64,000 nucleotides of DNA from Leptolyngbyaceae cyanobacterium (GTDB lineage Bacteria; Cyanobacteriota; Cyanobacteriia; Phormidesmidales; Phormidesmidaceae): NCBI GenBank assembly GCA_965263355.1, contig CBDHHL010000032.1, positions 1,504,001 through 1,568,000 on the forward strand. The letters are read 5' to 3'. The position numbers were made by a program, and so were the translations under genes. Positions 53,701-63,440 of this stretch are shown here, piece after piece (positions within the stretch are counted from its first letter, which is position 1; each line of letters begins with the position of its first letter). A model generated the notes under the pieces. The model did no database searches and had not been told where the DNA came from. It saw only the letters and a list, made by a program, of their open reading frames with translations.

Positions 53701-54698
53701 TGACAGATGCTGAAACCGATGAAGTGGGCACCGTTCTTTTAGCGGCGACTGGCGAGATTACAACAGGCGACATCACTACCGATGGCGAAGGTGGATCTGT
53801 AATTGTTATCGCCAACGATTCTGTGCAAACAGGAGATATCTCAGTTGCAGGGCGCGATAGCTCGGTGAACCTCGTATCTGAAACTGGCAATGTGGACGTG
53901 AATACGATTTTAAGTAGCGGTCGTGATATTCGCATTACAGCAGCGGGCACATTTCGTGCCAATGGCACGTTTGAGGTGGGCACCCTGGTAGAAAATAAAA
54001 TTGAAACCAACGATCTACCCGTTAGCCTAGCGCTTACCCGATTTGACTCCGATGGTGTGACTATTTTACACAACGGAGCTACTGAGGCTGACCCGGCTTT
54101 CAGTAATGATCGCATTCGCATTGGTGGTAATGGCGAACAGTTTGTGGTTGGACCGGAGGTGATTGGCAAGATTGATCCTAATGCCGGGGAGTTTATTGAT
54201 CCAATTCAGGGTGGGGCTGATTTACGTAGAAATGAAACCTATGCCCCTAGAACACTTCCTGATGAGACCAGTGGAACAGCAGGTGGCATTACCATTGGTG
54301 GATTTGGCACCAATGGGTTTTTGTCTGTCAGTGTGCAAGACATCCCATTTGTGGATGCGGTTGAGCCGTCTGAGCCGTCCGAGCCTGTTGTGGAGACTCC
54401 TTTAACACCCACCGACAATGACCCAATTGTGATGGGTGGAGAAGTGGAAGTTCAGGCCAATGAAGAACAAGTGGATCGTCAAGCCAACACCTCTGTTTGT
54501 AATTTTGCTGATGAAACGTTGATTGCTCAGGGGTCTTTGCGTGGCGATGGCGATGAATCACCTGAAGATTCCGTAAATCCTGATGTTGAACAAATTACTC
54601 AACGTGATGCCTGTGGACAACCTGATATTGGTGACAACATTCTGGTTGTTGAGGATGCCATTGAGCCATTAGATGATGGTGCAGACTCTGAGCAATAG
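50748..54698 (+). CDS. Filamentous-haemagglutinin N-terminal domain (TpsA-like) beta-helical exoprotein
   Basis: NLFHSFEQFGL, ANLFLINPAGILFGENA.LD, GGFVEISGK, GQLLLDP. Confidence 0.9.
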   Translation: MLSAALLAISLPQSPLPAQISAQPLPAIAMSPSEQPVFSNGAQPEVLLAQSITPADAGTVVTPTDNQIEITGGQFSGDGANLFHSFEQFGLSQQQTANFIANPQVHNVLGRVQGGDASYIDGRLQVTNSDANLFLINPAGILFGENASLDLNGSFTAATADRLGFDGGWLDVFDSIDYGQLGGDPSQFSFSAAQPGSVVNLGDLAVDANQNLTLLGGTVVNVGSVSAASGRITLAAVNGQQTVTLGSTDGLLTMELAPLAIDRDLSILSLPDLLTGGSVSNSSALAVAADGTVLLQGVTIPENSGTTAVAGTLDVTGQVGGDINLLGDRVALLGADLAASGLAGGGTTRIGGGYQGNDPIPNADLTYVDADTTLDISGGDTGDGGLAVVWADGLTSFYGDVDASGGSQFGDGGFVEISGKDSLVFDGTIDLQSASGEMGQLLLDPNSVVIGDVGTDDSQLDNNVIDLLEGGVTSFISAGKVAEILNGGGGVTINATNDIRIDSFINGLSNDNVSDLRFSAGQIELNNSISLRGGDVVFSGPVLLNKTSGSVSVSTAGDVIFENTLDSNNDGTSRNLEINAEENVVFGGAIGSLEAPNFLRVRATNVSLLDYLGDDLDIRARGDLTFEPQQNVVLGGTIRLEADNNLNISTSNTLDLSGVELTASPFQSDGSLTIQAPSLTITNSSEINSGGTLTLESQSLSSADSQIESRGDLILQGVNGMGFPTIMLSNSSLTTDETLRVHGSATSAAGNIDVIGSLLRTGGDLELLGQSVSVTPGSEIKADANVAIVAASGIVTIADAAMQPTVVEAGSELNLEGDTQIIIQALSAPQSVLRSGSNLSLLSSGNITANGRFASGGDFTAGPGSLLFMPIDDGGIISSVGDVSFDEYMGASLKIEAGGNITGGNVTIIDPDTSLSGTDPDIALLSNGPAVVLRAGIIPQENLPPSASEFQNTPTLNPGDTVNKAGTVFATSAPTTGNISVGTIVTDAETDEVGTVLLAATGEITTGDITTDGEGGSVIVIANDSVQTGDISVAGRDSSVNLVSETGNVDVNTILSSGRDIRITAAGTFRANGTFEVGTLVENKIETNDLPVSLALTRFDSDGVTILHNGATEADPAFSNDRIRIGGNGEQFVVGPEVIGKIDPNAGEFIDPIQGGADLRRNETYAPRTLPDETSGTAGGITIGGFGTNGFLSVSVQDIPFVDAVEPSEPSEPVVETPLTPTDNDPIVMGGEVEVQANEEQVDRQANTSVCNFADETLIAQGSLRGDGDESPEDSVNPDVEQITQRDACGQPDIGDNILVVEDAIEPLDDGADSEQ

Positions 54699-54708
54699 GA
54701 GAAGGACT

Positions 54709-57279
54709 ATGCTGCGATCGCAACGTGCCATCTTTCAATTTCTCATTGCATTTGTGCTCGGTGTTGTCATCATTGGGGTCTCACCGACCTTAGCTGCAGA
54801 CTCAGTATCGGGACAATCGGTATCTGGGCAAGGGGTATCTCAGCAAGGGGAGCAATTTTTTCAACAAGGGATGCAACAATATCAGGCTAACCAATTGGAG
54901 GCTGCGATCGCGACGTGGCAACAAGCCCTAACCCACTATCAACGATCAGGCAATCAATCCCGTGAACTAGCCGTCTACATTCGCATCAGCGCAGCTTACC
55001 TGCGATTAGGTCGTCCGCAGCAGGCTAAAGAACAAGCCCAATGGGCACTGTCGTTAGCCAGACAATTAGAGAATATCAGGGCAGAAATTTCTGCCCTTGG
55101 TAACCTGGCCATTGCCTATAAAAACCTGGGCAACTATCCCCAATCTATCGATACCTATGAACAAGCCCTAACCCTGCTAGAACCGTTACCTGATAATGAG
55201 TCACAGCTGTTGCGACTATGGTTAAACTTGGGAAACGTCTATGAATCCTTAGGGGAATATACATCAGCCATTGATGCCTATCGTAAAAGTTTGACCATCG
55301 CCCATAGCAGTAACAGTCAAGTTAACGAAGCGACTATCTTGAACAATCTGGGAGCGGTGTATGCTCAGCTCGGTAGTACGGAAGAGGCGATTGACTATTA
55401 CAACCGAAGCCTGAGATTTACCCAACAGTTAGGGGATGCCGTTGGTTCTGGCTACATTTTAAATAACCTGGGTAACATTTACCATCAGCAAAATTTAGCT
55501 CAAGCCACTGACTACTATGAGCAAAGTTTAGCCCTCGCCCAAGAATTGGCAAACCCTGGACTGGAGGCAATTTCTCTGGGTAGCCTAGGCATGGCCTATG
55601 AAGATCGAGGAGATTACGAAGGTGCCGTAGAGCTACAGCAACGTGCGTTAGCGTTAGCCGATAGTTTAGATAATCCCGTCATTAGCGCCAGAACCTTGAA
55701 CAATTTGGGGCACACCCTGTTGAGGTCAGGACAACTACAATCAGCAGAAACGCAGCTCAGAAAGGCATTAGATGAGTTAGAGTCTCTACGACCTGGGTTA
55801 AACGATCAATATAATGTATCCCTATTCGATACTCAAATACTCACCTATAACCTGTTACAGCAAATTCTAGTAGCCCGTGGCAACATCGAAGCAGCTTTGG
55901 AAATTGCTGAACGGGGAAGGGCCAGAGCATTTGTAGAGTTGATGGCAAATCGAGCTAACAATGCTCAACTGGAGTCAGTTAGTCAGGCCCCAAGCATTAC
56001 AGAGATTCGACAAATCGCTAAGGAGCAACAGACTACCCTAGTAGAATATACCCTAGTGCCTGACGACAGTTTTAAGTTTCAAGGTAAACAACGAGGCCAG
56101 GCAGAGCGTCTATACATCTGGGTGGTACAGCCCACCGGAAAAGTTGACTTTCGAGACGTGGATCTCAAGCCACTGCAGCAGGAAAAGGGAGCGTCTATCG
56201 CGAAGTTAATTAGGACTAGTCGCGAACTCAGCGGTTTACGAGGGACCCGAGGCGATACTCGTAGTGCCCTGCGTCCAGGGGACCAGGTACGTCGCGAGGG
56301 AGAGCCCTTAGACTGGGCACCCTACGAAGTCACAGCGATTGACCCACGGGCTCAAACCGTAACCCTGAGCCATCCAGATTTTGTTTTACCCAACCCAGTT
56401 GTCCCCATCCGTGACGTTTACAAAATCAACGCGTCTGGGTTTGCCACGACCCTAAGACGCCCTCAACACTGGCAAGATTTACATCAGCTATTGATTGAAC
56501 CAATTGCAGATCTGTTACCTACAGATCCCGAAGAGCGGGTGGTGTTTATTCCCCAAGAACAGCTTTTTCTAGTACCTTTTCCAGCCCTCCAGGCCCAGGA
56601 TGACAGTTATCTAATCGACCATCACACCATTCTCACGGCCCCGGCGATTCAGATTCTAGGGTTTAGAAATCGCACTGCTCCTGACTCGTCAGCCACAGCG
56701 CCCCTGATCGTTGGCAATCCCAGTCCCATGCCCGATAAGCTACAGTCGCTACCCCATGCCGGTACAGAGGCCAGGGGGATTGCCAATATCCTAGCGACCC
56801 AACCGTTAATGGGTGAGGCAGCAACAGAAACCGCTGTCAAACAACAGCTCGCCAACGCCTCGTTGATCCATCTAGCGACCCATGGCTTTTTTAACGAAGC
56901 CAACCCGCTGCAAGGCTCCCTTGCCTTTGCCCCGACTGAGGAGCAAGATGGTTTTTTGACCGCAGCCGACATCCTTACCCAGTCGCTACAGGCCAATTTG
57001 GTGGTGCTCAGTGCCTGCGACACTGGACGGGGACAAATTACCGGCGATGGCGTAATTGGTCTATCCCGATCATTTTTAGCTGCCGGAGCCAATAATGTCA
57101 TGGTTTCTCTATGGCAGGTCCCCGACGATGCCACGGCTCAGCTCATGATCGAGTTCTATCGTCAAAGGCAGCATCTAGATAATGCTCAAGCCCTAAGGCA
57201 GGCCATGTTAACCACCCGTCAGGTACACGAAGACCCAGTAGCCTGGGCCGCCTTTACCTTAATTGGAGCCATTGAGTAA
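54709..57279 (+). CDS. Exported TPR-CHAT protease
   Basis: Signal-like N-terminus; about 8 TPRs (LGNLAIAY, LNNLG); AERGRARAF; IHLATHG and VVLSACDTG dyad; WAAFTLIG. Confidence 0.92.
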   Translation: MLRSQRAIFQFLIAFVLGVVIIGVSPTLAADSVSGQSVSGQGVSQQGEQFFQQGMQQYQANQLEAAIATWQQALTHYQRSGNQSRELAVYIRISAAYLRLGRPQQAKEQAQWALSLARQLENIRAEISALGNLAIAYKNLGNYPQSIDTYEQALTLLEPLPDNESQLLRLWLNLGNVYESLGEYTSAIDAYRKSLTIAHSSNSQVNEATILNNLGAVYAQLGSTEEAIDYYNRSLRFTQQLGDAVGSGYILNNLGNIYHQQNLAQATDYYEQSLALAQELANPGLEAISLGSLGMAYEDRGDYEGAVELQQRALALADSLDNPVISARTLNNLGHTLLRSGQLQSAETQLRKALDELESLRPGLNDQYNVSLFDTQILTYNLLQQILVARGNIEAALEIAERGRARAFVELMANRANNAQLESVSQAPSITEIRQIAKEQQTTLVEYTLVPDDSFKFQGKQRGQAERLYIWVVQPTGKVDFRDVDLKPLQQEKGASIAKLIRTSRELSGLRGTRGDTRSALRPGDQVRREGEPLDWAPYEVTAIDPRAQTVTLSHPDFVLPNPVVPIRDVYKINASGFATTLRRPQHWQDLHQLLIEPIADLLPTDPEERVVFIPQEQLFLVPFPALQAQDDSYLIDHHTILTAPAIQILGFRNRTAPDSSATAPLIVGNPSPMPDKLQSLPHAGTEARGIANILATQPLMGEAATETAVKQQLANASLIHLATHGFFNEANPLQGSLAFAPTEEQDGFLTAADILTQSLQANLVVLSACDTGRGQITGDGVIGLSRSFLAAGANNVMVSLWQVPDDATAQLMIEFYRQRQHLDNAQALRQAMLTTRQVHEDPVAWAAFTLIGAIE

Positions 57280-57557
57280 GACAACTGTTTCAATTTAAAT
57301 AATCTTGAACTGTGATTTTGAAATCAAATTGTATTAATGTGCCATTTTCTTAGGCCCATGAAGTGATACAACTGTTGCAATTCAGGTAAGCTTGGGCCAA
57401 ACTTCACTCAAGATTTGGTACCACCAAATAACGGGTTATTTCAGCCATTTCTATTAGGTTCATCTGGGGGATTTATCAGGATTATCTCAGTTTGTCTGGA
57501 TAAAGTTGTCACAGATGAAAAAATTATCTGTGCTGTTACATCTTGTGCGTTGTTCTA

Positions 57558-58952
57558 ATGAAATTTGATCCAGGTTGTATTCAATTTCGCCTTACTGCTG
57601 GCATGGTTCTAGCATCTATTCTTGGCTTTGGTGGCATGACTGCCTGGAGCAACTTTAGAATGCAGCAGATTTTAATTAAGGGTCATAAAGATAATGCTCT
57701 AGAAATTGCTGAACGCTTTGACCAGGACGTTGAATGGATGGATGAAACAATGCCGTCCACCATGGCTCTGGAGAAAGTGATCAACTACCGCTCAACGGCG
57801 GATACGGCTATCTGGATTCGTTCCCCAGAGGGAGGGCTTATTGCTCAGTCAGATACCCTCGAAATGGGTTCCTGGCAGAAGGATGGTCTGGCAGAGACTG
57901 TATTAGAGCTACCGGCAAAGACACGACTGGAAAGTATAAACATCCAGGGTCGCCAGTTAATTGTTTGCATTAGTCCCCTGGAAGTGGGTGGCAATGTTTT
58001 GGGAGATCTGTTTATCATTGATGATATTACCCAAAACCAGCGTAGTTTTGCTGCCGTTAATCGTGACCTGACGCTGGCTAGCATTTTTGTAATTGGTTTA
58101 TCTGCCATTGTGATTGCGATCTATGTACGGCAGTCCATCAAGCCAGTTTGTAAGATGAATGAACTGGCCGCTAATATATCTCCCGATAATCTGGCAGATG
58201 CCCATCTGGAGTTTGATCGTGCGCCTACGGAGGTGAGGGATTTAGCCCAGGCCTTTAATATGATGCTGAGTCGATTATCAGCGGCCTGGGAGCAACAGCG
58301 GCGCTTTGTTAGCGATGTGTCCCACGAGTTGCGTACACCGCTGACGTTGGTGCATGGGTATTTACAAAGCACCCTACGACGTTGTAATACCCTGACTGAG
58401 CCTCAGCGGGAGGGGTTAGAAATTGCAGCAGCCGAGGCGGATCGTACCATTCGTTTACTGCAAGACTTACTTGACCTGGCCCGTGCTGACGGGGGGCACA
58501 TGCGGTTTCACATTGAGCGCGTGCCTTTAAAGGAAATGGTTTTAGACACAGTTGAGTCTGGTTATCCGAGTAGTCGGGTGAAAGTAGATGTTGAGAGTTC
58601 GGGGATTGATGCTCGGGCGGATCGTAATCGTCTGAAACAGGTGCTGATTAATTTAATTGACAATGCGATCAAATATTCTGAAGACAATACGGTTGTTACC
58701 GTTCGTCTGAAGCAGGTCGGTGAATGGGCTATTATTCAGATTTGCGATCGCGGTCGTGGTATCCCCATGGCAGACATCACCCAGATTTTTGAACCCTTCT
58801 ACCGTGTGGATGAAGATCGCTCACGGGTGACGGGGGGAACAGGTCTGGGGTTATCCATCGTCAAAACCTTAGTTGAGGGGATGCGGGGAAAAATAAAAGT
58901 ACAGTCCAATCCAGGTGAAGGTAGTATATTCACCGTTAGCTTGCCTTCCTAA
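57558..58952 (+). CDS. Membrane sensor histidine kinase (HAMP-HisKA-HATPase)
   Basis: Two TM helices, VSHELRTPL, NLIDNAIKY, DRGRGI, GTGLGLSI. Confidence 0.93.
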   Translation: MKFDPGCIQFRLTAGMVLASILGFGGMTAWSNFRMQQILIKGHKDNALEIAERFDQDVEWMDETMPSTMALEKVINYRSTADTAIWIRSPEGGLIAQSDTLEMGSWQKDGLAETVLELPAKTRLESINIQGRQLIVCISPLEVGGNVLGDLFIIDDITQNQRSFAAVNRDLTLASIFVIGLSAIVIAIYVRQSIKPVCKMNELAANISPDNLADAHLEFDRAPTEVRDLAQAFNMMLSRLSAAWEQQRRFVSDVSHELRTPLTLVHGYLQSTLRRCNTLTEPQREGLEIAAAEADRTIRLLQDLLDLARADGGHMRFHIERVPLKEMVLDTVESGYPSSRVKVDVESSGIDARADRNRLKQVLINLIDNAIKYSEDNTVVTVRLKQVGEWAIIQICDRGRGIPMADITQIFEPFYRVDEDRSRVTGGTGLGLSIVKTLVEGMRGKIKVQSNPGEGSIFTVSLPS

Positions 58953-58991
58953 GTTTGCTTTGTAATCGGGTTATTGCCGGAGCCAATCACT

Positions 58992-59675
58992 ATGCCAGAG
59001 ACCTCTGCCAAAATTTTAGTCATTGAAGACGAGACCCAGCTTGCTAAGTTTGTGCAAATGGAACTCTCCTACGAGGGCTACGATGTTGCCATTGCCAACG
59101 ATGGCCTATCTGGGCTAATGGCCGCTCGCGACAATGTGCCTGATCTGATTTTGCTCGATTGGATGATGCCAGGTCTGGCAGGAGTAGAAGTGTGCCGCCG
59201 GTTGCGCAGTACTGGTGCGCAAATGCCAATTATTTTTTTGACGGCTAAGGATGATGTAGCTGACCGCGTTGCTGGGTTAGATGCCGGAGCCGATGACTAT
59301 GTCGTCAAGCCCTTTAGCATTGAGGAATTGTTAGCCCGTGTACGGGCCAACCTACGGCGTAATGATCCCCAAGAGGCAGAGACATTACAGTTTGAAACCC
59401 TCACACTGAACCGTAAAACCCGCGAAGTGTTTCGTGGTGACCGGGGGATTGAACTAACGGCTAAAGAATTTGACCTGTTGGACTATCTGATTGCCCATCC
59501 TCGGCAGGTGCTGACCCGCGACCAGATTTTAGAAAAAGTCTGGGGCTATGACTTTATGGGGGATTCCAACATTATTGAGGTATACATTCGCTATCTGCGC
59601 TTAAAACTAGAGGCAGAAGGCGAAAAGCGTTTAATCCAGACCGTACGTGGCGTAGGTTACGTGTTGCGAGAGTGA
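58992..59675 (+). CDS. OmpR-family response regulator
   Basis: LVIEDE, LLDWMMP, GADDYVVKPF, SNIIEVYIRYLR, TVRGVGY. Confidence 0.93.
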   Translation: MPETSAKILVIEDETQLAKFVQMELSYEGYDVAIANDGLSGLMAARDNVPDLILLDWMMPGLAGVEVCRRLRSTGAQMPIIFLTAKDDVADRVAGLDAGADDYVVKPFSIEELLARVRANLRRNDPQEAETLQFETLTLNRKTREVFRGDRGIELTAKEFDLLDYLIAHPRQVLTRDQILEKVWGYDFMGDSNIIEVYIRYLRLKLEAEGEKRLIQTVRGVGYVLRE

Positions 59676-59689
59676 TTGATACGGTCCAA

Positions 59690-59812
59690 AATCCCCTCCT
59701 GGGAGGGGTGCCGATCAGGCGGGGTGGGTTGACCGCTAGCGCTAATTGCCGAGACCCCCTACGGTTTTTCCTGGTAGGGGCATTGTATGCAATGTCCCTA
59801 CCAGGAGGGGAG
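59690..59812. repeat. Palindromic repeat cluster, REP-like
   Basis: CCCCTCCTGGGAGGGGTGCC...GGCGGGGTGGGT (like the 5032 element) plus CCTGGTAGGGGCATTG...CAATGTCCCTACCAGG. Confidence 0.65.
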
Positions 59813-59859
59813 AAGGTGTTGGTCTACACAGTCAGTATTTAGTGGAGTAGAGAATCTGA

Positions 59860-60654
59860 GTGACCTCAACCACCATTGAGCTAAATCTTATCCGTATTGC
59901 CTGGGCCTTAGGTCTGGCTGCCGTTGCCATTGGCTTATCCCTCTGGCAACAGCTTGGTCTTGCCGGCACTCTTGCCCTGGCCACCCTCCGCACGGTGGTT
60001 CAGCTGTTTGCGGTGGGCATTTTTCTCTCCATTATTTTTGAGCTGAGCAATCCGGTACTCATTATTCTGGCACTGCTGGTAATGACAACGGTGGCAGCAC
60101 TTACGGCCCGTAACCGCATTGGTAAAGACATTCCGCATCTGGTGCTATGGCTATGGGGAGCTATTCTGACCAGCACCACCCTGACAATTACCTATACGAT
60201 GACGGTGGTTGTAAGACCTGAACTATGGTACGAACCCCGCTATTTAATTCCTTTGACGGGGATGATGTTGGGAAATGCGCTGACCGCAGCCTCGTTGACC
60301 GGTGAACGGTTAGTCAGTGCGCTGCGGAATTATCGTACTGAAATAGAGACGCACCTTAGTTTGGGGGCGACTCCGGGGCAAGCGATCGCAACCTATCGTC
60401 GAGACGCCATTAAAGCAGGTCTCATTCCCACTGTTAATTCCATGATGGTAGTCGGATTAGTCACATTACCGGGCATGATCACAGGGCAAATTTTAGGTGG
60501 AGCTGATCCGTTGAATGCAGCCCTATACCAAATGTTGATTATGTTTATGATAGCGTTTGCCACCCTAACAACCGCAATTTTAGTCAGCTACGCCATTAAA
60601 CAACAGTTTTTTAATCAGGCAATGCAGCTAATTGACCCAAAACAATCATCGTAG
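59860..60654 (+). CDS. fetB: Iron-export ABC permease FetB (UPF0014)
   Basis: RTVVQL, PRYLIPL.GM.LGN, LSLGAT, VGLVTLPGMITGQILGG.DP..A..YQ. Confidence 0.85.
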   Translation: MTSTTIELNLIRIAWALGLAAVAIGLSLWQQLGLAGTLALATLRTVVQLFAVGIFLSIIFELSNPVLIILALLVMTTVAALTARNRIGKDIPHLVLWLWGAILTSTTLTITYTMTVVVRPELWYEPRYLIPLTGMMLGNALTAASLTGERLVSALRNYRTEIETHLSLGATPGQAIATYRRDAIKAGLIPTVNSMMVVGLVTLPGMITGQILGGADPLNAALYQMLIMFMIAFATLTTAILVSYAIKQQFFNQAMQLIDPKQSS

Positions 60655-60731
60655 GGTGGGCACACCCTTGGATTATGCACAATGGATAACCGCCTGTGCC
60701 CACCGGTAATAGGCAATGGGTATGAAGAGAG

Positions 60732-62235
60732 TTATCCAACAACAAACATATTAGCTGTCAGGTCAGCATACATCACATTATTGACCTCAGCAAGAATCTC
60801 ACTGCCAACAGAAATTATGGCCGTGTTACCCTGTTGACCTAAAGACAGATCTGCATACGTCAATCCATCCCCTAAGCCAATAAAATCAATCCCAATTTCA
60901 AAATCTGTTATCACATCCGTCCCCTCTCCAGTTGCCAGGAGAAAAGTATCAGCTCCACTGCCACCGGACTGATCATCGCCAGTCAGAATATCATCGCCAA
61001 GACCGCCGTGTAGCAGATCATCACCATCGTCCCCCCAAAGAGAGTCATTACCTGCACCACCTAGGAGAGTATCATTACCTCCTTTACCACCAATGCGGTC
61101 ATCACCACCGTAGCCGTAGATCATGTCATTACCACCGATACTACCGCCAGGAGCCCGTGAATTCAGGTCTCCTCGCAATATATTGTTATTATTGTTGCCA
61201 AAAAGCTGATCATTACCGAGATCACCAGCTACTAGTTCAGCATTTGCACTCATTTCGATAATGTCATCCCCAGGCGTGCCAACTTCTGGGTCAGGATTGT
61301 CAGATTCATCGGGTTCGGGAATTGGCTCAGGTTCAGGTATCGGTTCAGGCTCGGGAATTGGCTCAGGCTCGGGTATCGGTTCGGGTTCGGGAATTGGTTC
61401 AGGCTCGGGAATTGGCTCAGGCTCGGGAATTGGTTCAGGCTCGGGAATTGGCTCGGGAATTGGCTCAGGTTCAGGTATCGGTTCAGGCTCGGGAATTGGT
61501 TCAGGCTCGGGAATTGGTTCAGGCTCGGGAATTGGCTCGGGAATTGGCTCAGGCTCGGGTATCGGTTCGGGTTCGGAGTTGGAATTGGAACCGGAGTTGG
61601 TGTTGGTTCAGGTTGGTGTTGGAACCGGAGTTGGTGTTGGAATCGGAACCGGAAGTTGGAGTTGGAACCGGAGTTGGTGTTGGAACCGGAGTTGGTGTTG
61701 GAACCGGAGTTGGTGTTGGAACCGGAGTTGGTGTTGGAACCGGAGTTGGTGTTGGAACCGGAGTTGGTGTTGGAACCGGAGTTGGTGTTGGAACCGGAGT
61801 TGGTGTTGGTGCCGGGGCCGCTAAAACAATGGTCCAGTAGTCATAGAAGTTGTTCTTGCCAGTATCATTAAGAAGAAAAATATGGCCTACACCCATTTCT
61901 TTAACATGGGGATTTAAAATATTATTTAGATGCCCTGGGCTATGTTTCCAATCCGTGAATACCTCTGCTGCTGTATATTGCCCTGCACCGATATTTTCAA
62001 CAGCTGTTGTGTATGCATAGCCCTCATCCGTCAGTCTCTCACCCAAAGTAGACCCATCGGACCCGATGTGATCAACAGATTTATCACTATGGGCGATGTC
62101 ATTAGTATGTTTCTGGGCTGCTTGATCTAACTCTGCATCAAGAATAACTGTTGGTAATCCATATAAATTGCGTTCTGCGTTAACAAGTGCAAGAAACTGT
62201 TGATCAAACTGTTGTTGTTGAGCTGGTGTATCCAT
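60732..62235 (-). pseudogene. CAP (SCP) domain + PT/PE-rich linker + RTX C-terminal domain; frameshifted in the linker
   Basis: LVNAER, ENIGAG, WKHSPGH..NIL; (PTPTPV)n and (PEPIPE)n; GGxGxD C-terminus in a different frame; indels at about 61575-61655. Confidence 0.8.
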
Positions 62236-62914
62236 TTTTATAGGTATTTCGGATCGGCGCATGACCTACTGTTCTTTTTTATCCGTTGATCTATGGCTAA
62301 ACCCATGGTGTGAACACTCAACTTCAAAGAGATTTTTTGAAGAAAATCTAAATTGTTGGTAAATGCACTAAGAGTGATTTGGTGAGTTCTCAATAGAACT
62401 ACAGGTAAACGTAATATTGGTCGGTTAATAAAGCTTGTGTATTTACTGAGTTCATGAAAGAACTATGAGCTTTGGGTAAGACGGTGAATGGTGAGTATGA
62501 ATGGTGCTGTAGCTTTAGCAGCCATTTTGCAAATCGCCTTTCCAAAACAACTTGACAAACTGCTAGAAATGCCCTTAGTCAAGACTTTGCTTCTTTCTCT
62601 CAATCGACTATCAGCACTACAGCGTTATGAAGCTATCTTGAAATCCTATGGTTAGATGACAATTCTAGAGCTAACGTTATAAGATGATTAGCTTTAAAGC
62701 CTATCATTTTAGACAATCCAGAACTTTATTCTGTATCTAAATAGACCAATATCACTGCTTACTGCCCATTCCCCACCGTCTGTAATCACCTGTGACTCTA
62801 TTTTTGTGCAGCCCCATTAAGGTAAAACAGTTCAGTAACTTAGTTCAAACCTGCCTATACTGACTAAATGACTTAACTTCAACTAACTTATCTTTTGTAG
62901 AAAGGTCAACCAGG

Positions 62915-63358
62915 ATGACATCCAACCTATTAGGAATAATCATCGGGGGACTTCTCCCGGCTCTGTTTTACGGTGTTTCCAGCGTATTTGCTAAAAGCAG
63001 CACCAATGCTGGCATGTCAATAGGTGGCCATTTATTTTTTATCGGCATCGCTATTAGTATTACCGGGATGCTGTTTCACTTTTTCTGGCCCGGTGATAAC
63101 ACGCCATCATTGTTTGCGGTTATATCGTCTTCTATGCAAGGCATTTTTTGGGGATTGGGAACCGGCTGTGTGGTCCTAGGATTATTGGAATATAAGGCAC
63201 CCCTGGCTAAGCTAGTTCCCCTCTACAATATGAACACACTGATAACATCAGGGCTCGCCCTGATTATCTTCGCAGAATGGCGTGAGGTGAGTCCTGTAAC
63301 GCTATTTGCAGGGACTTGTTTGATCATTGCCGGTGGCGTTTTGGTATCCCGTGCTTAG
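62915..63358 (+). CDS. Small DMT-superfamily-like membrane protein
   Basis: About 5 hydrophobic helices; LVPLYN.NTL...LALIIF.E. Confidence 0.7.
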   Translation: MTSNLLGIIIGGLLPALFYGVSSVFAKSSTNAGMSIGGHLFFIGIAISITGMLFHFFWPGDNTPSLFAVISSSMQGIFWGLGTGCVVLGLLEYKAPLAKLVPLYNMNTLITSGLALIIFAEWREVSPVTLFAGTCLIIAGGVLVSRA

Positions 63359-63440
63359 CATTGAGTGGTAAAACAATGGCGTTTGATGGGCATGGGGTTT
63401 GTATTGCGGGATGTTAGTAATGGGGGGAACGAATTTTGCC

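Noticed and set aside
51305..54169. Several minus-strand ORFs of 90-200 aa
   Set aside because: Antisense to the haemagglutinin-like gene
54709..57279. Craspase (CRISPR type III-E) TPR-CHAT
   Set aside because: No cas7-11 or array nearby, and the protein has an export-like N-terminus
61261..61871. Plus-strand GS-rich, QARELA and LEPELV repeat ORFs
   Set aside because: Antisense shadows of the PT/PE linker of the minus-strand CAP-RTX gene
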